Source of the DNA: a virus
Taxonomy: Duplodnaviria; Heunggongvirae; Uroviricota; Caudoviricetes
Length of the DNA: 64,000 nucleotides
IMG/VR virus record: IMGVR_UViG_3300029267_003207
Direction: 5' to 3' (one strand)
In this document: positions 56,110-64,000 of the stretch, piece by piece
How positions within the stretch are numbered: the stretch's first letter is position 1
How the letters are laid out: each line of letters opens with the position of its first letter
Position numbers and translations under genes: made by a program
Notes under the pieces: model-generated
What the model saw: only the letters and a program-made list of their open reading frames with translations
What the model was told of the DNA's origin: nothing
Database searches by the model: none

Positions 56110-56967
56110 TTATTTTTTTCCTCGGAGGCCGAGCAAGGCTGGGTCTTCTTTTCTAAGCCGCCTATATTGCTCAGGTGTCAATCGTGATACATCAATACTA
56201 CCCTTACCCGGAGCAGCGCCTCCGGTGGCGGAACCAGTCCCGATACCACTAACAACGTTGCTCTTGAACAAATTACCATAAAGATTAGGCAACTCACGCA
56301 TCCGTTTTACAGCTTCTTCAGGGGTTCTAAGTGTTGTAATTCGTTCCCCGGTTTTTTCATCAATATCTTCAAAGTCAACCTTTGGCGTCATTCCACCAGT
56401 CGGAATTCCTTCCGAATCGGTAAGTTCAACCATTTTGGTCATCGGTCGAAGAAGAGACATGATTTGTCCCGGGTTAAAAGCATCCGCGGAGACAGCCGCG
56501 TCCTGCAATGATCGATCGATCACTGAACTCTTATACATTCCTTCCCACTTGACAGCAGATTCTGTTGCTTGGGCAAGGTCATTCTTGTACTTTTCAGCTT
56601 GTTGTTTTCTCTCGTACTCAGCTTGTTGCTCTTTTGTTCGGAACGCCTTCTGAAGGTCTTCTAGCTCCTGTTGCATCTTATGACGCTGTTCTTTATGGAG
56701 ATTACCTTCTTTTAGCATCTTCTGATAGGAGGCTTCAAGCTTCTTGTATCTTTCTTGATGCTTCCTGCGGTCATCAGCCAGGAACCTATTTACATCATCT
56801 TGTGTAAAGTTGGAACTAACTGAATCTCCGCCATTATCTTCTTGACTCTGTCCGCTTAACTCTCCTTTATCCCAGCCAGCTTCAGTCTCTTGGCCACCTT
56901 CTTGACCACCTTCTACACTGCCTTCATTATCGAAAAACATAAAATAAATATAGCCGTCTTTAAGCAT
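56110..56967 (-). CDS. scaffolding protein
   Basis: Acidic N-terminus and a long E/K/Q coiled coil (KKLEASYQKMLKEG..QQELEDLQKAF), located between portal and capsid. Confidence 0.5.
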   Translation of the reverse strand: MLKDGYIYFMFFDNEGSVEGGQEGGQETEAGWDKGELSGQSQEDNGGDSVSSNFTQDDVNRFLADDRRKHQERYKKLEASYQKMLKEGNLHKEQRHKMQQELEDLQKAFRTKEQQAEYERKQQAEKYKNDLAQATESAVKWEGMYKSSVIDRSLQDAAVSADAFNPGQIMSLLRPMTKMVELTDSEGIPTGGMTPKVDFEDIDEKTGERITTLRTPEEAVKRMRELPNLYGNLFKSNVVSGIGTGSATGGAAPGKGSIDVSRLTPEQYRRLRKEDPALLGLRGKK

Positions 56968-57001
56968 TTTTACCTCTACATTGAGTAATTTACACCCTAG
57001 A

Positions 57002-57532
57002 TTATGTCACACGACTCATTTTAAACAAGTGGCTATCCCGTAAGAAAGGCCTCAAGAGTCGCCATGCCTTGGCACTAGGTACGCCATTGGCAATATGTTC
57101 CATGCTTACGTTATTTCTGTCGTAAGTTGTTCTGACGGAAGAGATTGTTTGTCCTATTACTGCTAAGTTCTCTGCTTCCATGTCAGGATCGATACCATCC
57201 AGAAGTGCGTAAGCTACTTCCCAGCAAGCTATCTTTATATCATCTGGAACGTTTGTGTCCGTCCCACGAGGAAATTCTAGCTCCTGAGAAAGATAAGCGG
57301 CCCGAATTTCTGCTTTGGTTGGTGCCGGGTCCACCAAGTCACCATCGCTATCATAAAGAATAGCATAGACTGCCGCTTTTTCCCCGGAAAAATTTAATCT
57401 ATCGATGATTTGGGTCGCACCAATTAGAGCTTGTTCGCGTTCAGTGGCATTGGCGCTTGTCCAAGTTGTTGAAAACAGCCTATTATCAAAATAGGTATTT
57501 GCTTCGTCTACTGTCCCATAATACGTGTACAA
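57002..57532 (-). CDS. hypothetical head-associated protein
   Basis: 176-aa ORF. Confidence 0.3.
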   Translation of the reverse strand: MYTYYGTVDEANTYFDNRLFSTTWTSANATEREQALIGATQIIDRLNFSGEKAAVYAILYDSDGDLVDPAPTKAEIRAAYLSQELEFPRGTDTNVPDDIKIACWEVAYALLDGIDPDMEAENLAVIGQTISSVRTTYDRNNVSMEHIANGVPSAKAWRLLRPFLRDSHLFKMSRVT

Positions 57533-57578
57533 GTCTCTAATTCCTAAATACTAGCTTTAGTTTGGCCACTAGTGGTAT

Positions 57579-57884
57579 TTACCACGCTACGAATGAGTAA
57601 TTAACTGTATTTGCTTCCGCTGCTACGTTAATTGTGTTTGGGGTGGAGATCGGAAGAAAAACCTTTTCTCCAGCACTAAGAGAATAGTTTCCTCCACCGC
57701 CCTGATTAGCGGTTGAATAAATAAACATAGCGTCGTTATTAGAGGCATCAGCTTTAATTGTGATACCCTCCACCAAAGTGATTCCGGTACTTGTGTTGAT
57801 CGTAACTCCGGTTAAACTATTGGTAGAGCCACTTCCCAACCATACTTTGTCGATAATAAGTCGTTTAGTTTCTGCTTGCCACAT
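57579..57884 (-). CDS. hypothetical protein
   Basis: 101-aa G/S/T/N-rich ORF. Confidence 0.3.
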   Translation of the reverse strand: MWQAETKRLIIDKVWLGSGSTNSLTGVTINTSTGITLVEGITIKADASNNDAMFIYSTANQGGGGNYSLSAGEKVFLPISTPNTINVAAEANTVNYSFVAW

Positions 57885-57885
57885 A

Positions 57886-58065
57886 CTACTTCATCTTTTT
57901 AAAAGTTTTTGCCAAGTTACACCGCTTTTGCGCCAAAGGTGAGAGGTTAGGCTGAGCACAAAACGCTTCCCAACTAGTAAAGCCAGCTCTTTTCGCTTGC
58001 TCCGTAAGGGCTCCCTTCTTGATATTGGCGTCCTGAATCCACTTTTTCTTTTTCTTTTTAGTCAT
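57886..58065 (-). CDS. small lysine-rich ORF (59 aa), absent from the ORF track
   Basis: Hand translation gives MTKKKKKKWIQDANIKKGALTEQAKRAGFTSWEAFCAQPNLSPLAQKRCNLAKTFKKMK. It shares ATGACTAA with the portal stop and fills an otherwise empty 170-bp gap. Confidence 0.3.
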   Translation of the reverse strand: MTKKKKKKWIQDANIKKGALTEQAKRAGFTSWEAFCAQPNLSPLAQKRCNLAKTFKKMK

Positions 58066-59869
58066 TTTCTCCTTTTTTTTCTTTTCCTTCTCCTCTTACA
58101 GGAGGTTGGGTTGTTTCTTTCATAGTTGTCTCAGTTGCCGCCTCTCGCTCTTTTTTACCTGATTCTGGGTCAGGGTCAAGATCAGGCACACCACGGGCAG
58201 CAGGATTCTTTTCGTCAGGAGACATTTGAGCTTCTTGGATTCTTGCGATTCTTGCGGCGTGGTCCTTTCTCGCTTGTTTATACTCGTTTTCTCCAAACCC
58301 TAAAGCCATTGACCCAACCTTTTCCCCACAGAGGCCAGCTTGAACAGCTTGAATGATGACTTGTGGGTCGGACGTTGTGTACGCGGCTTTGTCTATTTCC
58401 GCATATATTTTCTCCAATTGATCTAAATCAATTTTCCCACCCAGTAATTTATTAGCTATGATCTTGTATAGTTCTCGTTTTGAAGTCTCTCCAGGAATTG
58501 TGTATGCAAGTTCTGCTAATTTTTCAGATTCGTCAATTCGATCTTTATCATCTTTTAAAGAGTATCGGTCTGGATATTTGACGAGGGCAATTTCTTGCTT
58601 AGAAACATTAACATTTTCGTATGCAGCCCAGTATTTTGTAATTTTTTGCTCTGCACCTTCAAGAACCAAGCCAATATAAGATAAGCCAGCTTCAAGACCC
58701 TGGTCAGAAAGTTTCATAGCCTCAGCACTTTTAGCGCGGTGGCCTACTTTGTTAGCTACTGCTAAGTTGACTAGCTTTCGAATTTCATCTTCCAGCTTTT
58801 CCTGAAGCTGCATTGATGCTTTAAGTGGTTCAGAACTAGGATGAATGAATTCTGGAGCTTGGGCCTTGATATCATAAGCTCTGCCATGTGAAGCGCCTAC
58901 TTTGATCTCAGCATCACTAGCTCGTTGGTCACCTGCCATTCCTTGGTTATCGGGATTTGTACTAGGCTTTAGATGGCTGGGGGCAATTCTATTAAAGTCT
59001 CTTTGCTCAACATAGAATGGAAAATTAGCCTTTAAAGCATAAGCAATATCGCTTGAAGTAAGATTAAGAAGAGCTATTTGATGCTTATACACATCTGTAA
59101 GTAGTGAGTCTCCAATATCTAAAATAGTGAAGGGTATCTCTGGCAAGTTAAGTGGAACAGGTTCGAAAGTAGCTGGATTTCCCTTTTCGTCTACTGGATC
59201 GCCTTCTTTGTTGTAGAAGTGGTAATAAATTAAGTCGTCTTCATCACTTCTCCAAACTAACCTAAACCTCTCAAAACCATCACAAGGCAACGAGAGACCT
59301 CTATATACACTTTTATATTCTGTTGCGTAGTCTCGTAGAAGGATTGCGCGAAATTGACCGAGTTCTCCTGGCCTTGATTCCTCCCAAGACAGAATATCTT
59401 CACGTTTATACGAGTACAAGTAAGGTCTAGCCCCGACTGTATCAGCCAGAGTCGGTCCCACTATTTTAGGCATGTCTACATAAACACCTACCTTACCCAT
59501 TACAAGAAGTTCTGTTAAGACGTCAATACCCATAAAGGCATTCATAGGTGTGCCTTTAAGGTCTACACCTCCGTCTTGACCTAAAATAGCTTTCTTGTAA
59601 GACTTCGATCCACCTTTTCGAACTATGTCAGACATCCGCTGAAAAATGGAATTTCTAATGTCATTCACAGCAGCTTTAGCAAAGGCTGGAATAGGAGTAA
59701 CATCTTTCCGTGTATTATAATCAGAAAGCTCCTCTCTTGCTGTAAATTTCTTTAGGTAGAAAGAAACATATTCATCTCCACCCTCATAGCAACGACGCCA
59801 ATCCCACCATGTCTGTGACATTGTGGAAACAGAAGGGTGCCTAATTTGGGTTATGTTTAATTTTTCCAT
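58058..59869 (-). CDS. portal protein
   Basis: 603-aa ORF placed just upstream of scaffold and capsid, with a highly charged C-terminal tail. Called by position and size. Confidence 0.55.
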   Translation of the reverse strand: MEKLNITQIRHPSVSTMSQTWWDWRRCYEGGDEYVSFYLKKFTAREELSDYNTRKDVTPIPAFAKAAVNDIRNSIFQRMSDIVRKGGSKSYKKAILGQDGGVDLKGTPMNAFMGIDVLTELLVMGKVGVYVDMPKIVGPTLADTVGARPYLYSYKREDILSWEESRPGELGQFRAILLRDYATEYKSVYRGLSLPCDGFERFRLVWRSDEDDLIYYHFYNKEGDPVDEKGNPATFEPVPLNLPEIPFTILDIGDSLLTDVYKHQIALLNLTSSDIAYALKANFPFYVEQRDFNRIAPSHLKPSTNPDNQGMAGDQRASDAEIKVGASHGRAYDIKAQAPEFIHPSSEPLKASMQLQEKLEDEIRKLVNLAVANKVGHRAKSAEAMKLSDQGLEAGLSYIGLVLEGAEQKITKYWAAYENVNVSKQEIALVKYPDRYSLKDDKDRIDESEKLAELAYTIPGETSKRELYKIIANKLLGGKIDLDQLEKIYAEIDKAAYTTSDPQVIIQAVQAGLCGEKVGSMALGFGENEYKQARKDHAARIARIQEAQMSPDEKNPAARGVPDLDPDPESGKKEREAATETTMKETTQPPVRGEGKEKKGEND

Positions 59870-61872
59870 TATGCGTCTATATAGATAGAGGTTGAAAAGT
59901 TATAATCAAGTGGCATTGGTTCGCCAAGTTCTATTTTCCAGATAGTTAATGGGTCAGTGTTGCCGTGCCATGCTGGTATTCCGTATATATGTCCATTACC
60001 GGCCAGTTGAATTTGCCGCTGAGCAGCCGTAAGACCAGCTGGCTTAACAATTGTTTCACCTACTTTAGTATTTGGATCAATAATAAAAATAGCATCATTA
60101 TCGCCGCCTGGACCATATAGTAATTTTCCGCTTGGATGAGATACACCCATAACGTATCCGTCATTTGTAGGAGCGGTGTTCCCAGTTAATTCACCCCACT
60201 CCCCGGTAAATGGATTATAATATGCACCTTCATGGCCACTAGTTGTAGGAGTAATATACATAACTCCATCTGGCCCATTAAGAAAACCACCCCAACGTTT
60301 ATCCGCCGTATTGACAGAAGATAAGTCAATATCAATTTCTTCAAAAGACTCATCACTTGGGTCGAATTTTATAATGAAGTCATTTGTTCTGTATGGCAAT
60401 ATGTACATACAGTTGTCTGCTGCTAAGCACATATTTACAGTTGTGTTAGGTGAAAAAGTATTACCACTATAGTTTATAGTCTCAGTTGAATTATCATTTG
60501 GATCAAATTTAATTACATGAGTTGGCGTCTCTTGTGTAAAGTAAATATGAGCATTAAATAAAATCCCGCCGTAATATGTTCCACTCATATTACTAGTACA
60601 TTGTACAACGGAGTTATCACTGGGGTCAAATTTTATTATTTCCGAAGCTGTTTCACTGTAAGCATAAACACAATCCTCATACAATGCAGCGGCTCTAACT
60701 GTTTGGTTACCGGAGAAATTTATAGTGGAAACTGAATCGTCGTCAGGGTCAATTAGCAATGCTTCTGTTTCATTAAGCGGAAGAGATAGTACTTTACCAT
60801 CTGAAAGTGTTAAATGACATTGCCACCTTATACTAGAAGCAGACCCGTAGGTCCCACTGAGTTCACTTATCTTTGGTTCAGCAAATTGAACACTAGCATA
60901 TCTAGGCAGAACTTTACCCCAAGCTAATTTGAAAGAGTCCCAGTCACCACTACCATACTTAGGAAAAGCTTCAGTTGGTACTAACCATTGGTCACCACCA
61001 TAAACAAGTAACGCTCTTCGACCTTCTTCATAATACAGATCACCTGTATTCGGGCTGGCAGGAAAGAGCCCTTCAGCAGTTGACATAAAAGAAGAGATAC
61101 CATGTTCGACACCGGTTCGAACATAGTTATTATCATAGACAACTTCATCGGCATTTACGCTTGTGCCACTTGAAGGTGTAATGTAATCCGCTTGAAGCTG
61201 ACAAACAGAGTTAGCTTGTCCAATAGCATTAAGAGTTTGGCAGTTACCTGCAACACCCAATCTTGTTCCACTTGCAAAATCATTATCTGCATAGTTCATT
61301 GACACTGAGTAGTTGGTCGTGTTTCCACCAATTAGAAAACCGTATTCAGATTTAATTTGATTTCCTGTAGAAGGGAAAGCAATTTTACAATCTCTACCAA
61401 CGAAAACAGTTAGACTAGATGCAATATCTCCGAACGTGTTGAACTCAAGAGTATTGGTAGTACTGTCAATAATTAAGTAAGGTAGGATGTAACATTCATC
61501 ACAGTCAATATCATCAAAGGAAGCGGTTTGATTGAAGTGGATACTGTCACAGTAATTATGTGTGCCGTCTGTTGTTACAATATCGAAAACAGTTCCATCA
61601 CCTAAGTTACCTCCATGTCCACCAAGCTGAAGAGAGACTACATCGGCTTCCCAGTAATTATTTGTCTTAGCTGTAGACTTGCACCAATACTTATCAGACT
61701 TGAAAATCCAATAGCCGCTACCTTCATAAGCTGGCTCTGAATTATATGTACCATTCTGAGTTGTGTCAGTTTCATACACAGCAGTAGGAGTCCACTCTGG
61801 AGATGTAATCTCAAGTGTGTCTTCTAATTGAAGGCCCTGCATACGGGAACTTAAAACTAATATGCTGCTCAT
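59869..61872 (-). CDS. beta-propeller repeat protein (paralogue 1)
   Basis: Repeats IIKFDPSDNSV, VIKFDPNDNSTETINYSGN and FIIKFDPSDESFEEI resemble Vgb/lactonase-type propeller blades. Confidence 0.45.
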   Translation of the reverse strand: MSSILVLSSRMQGLQLEDTLEITSPEWTPTAVYETDTTQNGTYNSEPAYEGSGYWIFKSDKYWCKSTAKTNNYWEADVVSLQLGGHGGNLGDGTVFDIVTTDGTHNYCDSIHFNQTASFDDIDCDECYILPYLIIDSTTNTLEFNTFGDIASSLTVFVGRDCKIAFPSTGNQIKSEYGFLIGGNTTNYSVSMNYADNDFASGTRLGVAGNCQTLNAIGQANSVCQLQADYITPSSGTSVNADEVVYDNNYVRTGVEHGISSFMSTAEGLFPASPNTGDLYYEEGRRALLVYGGDQWLVPTEAFPKYGSGDWDSFKLAWGKVLPRYASVQFAEPKISELSGTYGSASSIRWQCHLTLSDGKVLSLPLNETEALLIDPDDDSVSTINFSGNQTVRAAALYEDCVYAYSETASEIIKFDPSDNSVVQCTSNMSGTYYGGILFNAHIYFTQETPTHVIKFDPNDNSTETINYSGNTFSPNTTVNMCLAADNCMYILPYRTNDFIIKFDPSDESFEEIDIDLSSVNTADKRWGGFLNGPDGVMYITPTTSGHEGAYYNPFTGEWGELTGNTAPTNDGYVMGVSHPSGKLLYGPGGDNDAIFIIDPNTKVGETIVKPAGLTAAQRQIQLAGNGHIYGIPAWHGNTDPLTIWKIELGEPMPLDYNFSTSIYIDA

Positions 61873-61875
61873 AGC

Positions 61876-63930
61876 TTACCGTGAGTTAAAGTGGGTGTAT
61901 TTCCAGTACTCATCATACTCGCAAAAAGTATGATAGAATTTTATGATGTGCATATACTTCCCTTGGTTGTCTAATCGGTAGAACACTCCAGGGGGACCAG
62001 GAAGGATTGTCAAATAGGCTTCTGTTGTTTCATTTGGTAGCTCTACAATTGACGCAGTGTCTGTGGCGGGATCAAAGATAATTGTTTCAGCACCAGAAGA
62101 TAGGTCATCTGGAAATATATAAAGTTTTCCATCTGCGCCACAGAATCCTTGGTAACGGGTTTCATTAGTTGTTCCAACCGCGTCTAGAAGAGTAATCTCT
62201 TCTGTCGATGGGTCGAAGCGAATAACATTAGCCGAAAAATCATCAGGAAAACCATACAAGAGACCATTAGGTGCTAGAATGGTTTGCCGCACAGCAGGGC
62301 AGTTTCCACAGTTGATTGTTTCAACTGAATCATCAGTTGTGTCAATCTTTAGAACAAAACCGTTCTCTGTAGCCGGTAACCCATAAATGTTTCCAGTATA
62401 CGTTAGCGATAGAGAAGTCCAAAGCTGTCCAGTTGAAGTGTTTAATGTATAGGAAGCACTAGTATCAGATGCACTTGGGTATGTTCCTTGCCTTACAACA
62501 TATGACTCATTCGCTGAACTATTATATAGTAGACCATAGACTGTATTTGTTGCTGTTGGCCCACAGGTAATAGCCATCCACGCATTGTTGGCTGTTCCAT
62601 TAGCATCAACTCCTGTTATATCACTATTAGAAGTTGGATTCGGTTCAAAGTATTGACAGCCACCAATATTTGTTGCCAGAAAGATTGTTTTACCGTCATA
62701 CCCAACAACACCATTGCTGGTGTTCCAAGAAGTTTGATCAATAGAGGTATAACTGTTGTCAGATAGATCAATAACAGCACAATTACCACCTGCTCCAGAA
62801 TCTTCAAAACCAGTCAGAACGATCTTGTTGTTGACTGTGAAACCTGCCCCACTGTGTAGCTGAGCACTAGCTGAGCCGTTTAGCGTAACAGCATTAACAG
62901 TGATATTGTTTAAGGGGTAATCTTTTAAGTCTCCCGCAGTTCGTGACAGAGCTAACTTGTAACCAGCATTATATGCATCATTGTTCATTGGTTTGAACGA
63001 TGGAAAATTATAGCTGATTCGCTGCCAAGTATTATTGTAGACAGTTCCATCTGTCAATGAATCTGGGACATAGATTTTTAGATTCATCTCATCAGGATCA
63101 ACCCATAACTCATAGTCCTTTGGACTTGCAGGCTCAGTTGTAGGGTACCTTGAAGCTTCAGACGGGCTTGTTACTTCCCAGTCACAGATGTTGACTGTAT
63201 TAGCACTGGTGACACCTACTACATTATTGGTATAGGTATCAGGAGTTTTAGAGTCAGTCTTGACATGCACCAAGCCATTTGGAGTCCAGGAACCAGCATC
63301 AGCGAAGTCTGTCTCATTAACTAGATCGAGACTGTTGATCGTTGTGTAGGACGAGATAGCAGAATTGATAGCTAGAGCTTTATCTGCTTGCGGCCAAGCG
63401 ACTTTGCTCTCACCATTATGACTCAACTGTAATGAATCACTGTCTGTCCCAATATGCTGAATTATTGTGGCATCGGAACCTTTTAGAAGATTGGAACCAA
63501 CTTGAATAGTGTCAGTTAGAAATTCTTCAAGATAGGCTGTATCACTTAGAATAGATTGGTCAGAGTCTCCATCTTGCTTAGCATAAAAGTAATCTGTTCC
63601 ATCCACTTGACGATAAGTAGCTAAGCGATTTGTGGCAAGGTAAGCGGCCTCATGTGAATAGTCTGTTTGAGTTGCATTCCAACACCAAAGACCTTCAGCG
63701 TAGTAAATCCACCCATTGTCACCTTCGTAAGCAGTCTCTCCACCATGTGTTCCATTTGGAGTGTACTCACCATTGATAGAAGAATTACTGCTATCAGTGA
63801 CTGTCATGTTGCCAGATGGAGCCACATAACTATGAAGATATAGAGACTCCATCGCAGAATTACCAGTACATAATTCTCCATTTTCTCTGATAGTTAAAAC
63901 AGGTAGTGTCTGTGAAGTGATTAGGCTCAT
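61876..63930 (-). CDS. beta-propeller repeat protein (paralogue 2)
   Basis: Repeats LLYGFPDDFSANVIRFDPSTEEI, KLYIFPDDLSSGAETIIFDPATD and VLKIDTTDDSVETI, with an N-terminal S/T/N/Y-rich domain. Confidence 0.45.
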   Translation of the reverse strand: MSLITSQTLPVLTIRENGELCTGNSAMESLYLHSYVAPSGNMTVTDSSNSSINGEYTPNGTHGGETAYEGDNGWIYYAEGLWCWNATQTDYSHEAAYLATNRLATYRQVDGTDYFYAKQDGDSDQSILSDTAYLEEFLTDTIQVGSNLLKGSDATIIQHIGTDSDSLQLSHNGESKVAWPQADKALAINSAISSYTTINSLDLVNETDFADAGSWTPNGLVHVKTDSKTPDTYTNNVVGVTSANTVNICDWEVTSPSEASRYPTTEPASPKDYELWVDPDEMNLKIYVPDSLTDGTVYNNTWQRISYNFPSFKPMNNDAYNAGYKLALSRTAGDLKDYPLNNITVNAVTLNGSASAQLHSGAGFTVNNKIVLTGFEDSGAGGNCAVIDLSDNSYTSIDQTSWNTSNGVVGYDGKTIFLATNIGGCQYFEPNPTSNSDITGVDANGTANNAWMAITCGPTATNTVYGLLYNSSANESYVVRQGTYPSASDTSASYTLNTSTGQLWTSLSLTYTGNIYGLPATENGFVLKIDTTDDSVETINCGNCPAVRQTILAPNGLLYGFPDDFSANVIRFDPSTEEITLLDAVGTTNETRYQGFCGADGKLYIFPDDLSSGAETIIFDPATDTASIVELPNETTEAYLTILPGPPGVFYRLDNQGKYMHIIKFYHTFCEYDEYWKYTHFNSR

Positions 63931-64000
63931 GTCGTATTCAAATACCTATTACAGAGGAAATTCGGATCAATCGGAACATCGAAGAGTTTGACTTTTTTGA

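Noticed and set aside
1-64000. CRISPR arrays, integrase or attachment sites, terminase, endolysin or holin cassette
   Set aside because: No regularly spaced direct repeats, no tyrosine or serine recombinase motifs, no terminase ATPase motifs, and no convincing lysozyme, amidase or holin pair were seen in any frame. They are presumably outside this window or absent.

Overview
The window reads as part of a large lytic tailed dsDNA phage genome of siphovirus type (tape-measure protein, putative major tail protein, no sheath recognised); it could also be a prophage, but no integrase is seen. Three transcription blocks are visible: (1) minus strand 1..28136, nucleotide metabolism and replication/early genes (partial ThyX, PhoH, DNA ligase, dUTPase, dCMP deaminase, family-A DNA polymerase, SNF2 helicase, two ParB-like proteins, two HNH homing endonucleases, a sigma factor, two tRNAs, an embedded TnpB); (2) plus strand 28724..34379, replication (AEP primase/SF3 helicase, DnaQ-like exonuclease, a second CDA-fold deaminase); (3) minus strand 34376..63930, virion module (two beta-propeller proteins, portal, scaffold, major capsid, tail chaperone, 1564-aa tape measure, tail-tip proteins including two giant paralogues). 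Blocks 1 and 2 diverge from a ~590-bp AT-rich intergenic region with near-consensus sigma70 promoters and a palindromic operator-like site. Most worth following up: a TnpB RNA-guided-nuclease gene with no TnpA and no room for a left end, plus a diverged copy of its 3'-end/right-end (omega-RNA scaffold) 22 kb away next to tRNA-Pro; a GT41 (OGT-like) glycosyltransferase next to a sugar C-methyltransferase-like enzyme; an RNA ligase fused to a tRNA-binding OB domain; a PAPS-reductase-like PP-loop enzyme with three C-terminal HTH repeats; and duplicated giant tail proteins flanking a Cys-rich protein. All calls rest on motif recognition in the supplied translations and the DNA; no database search was possible.
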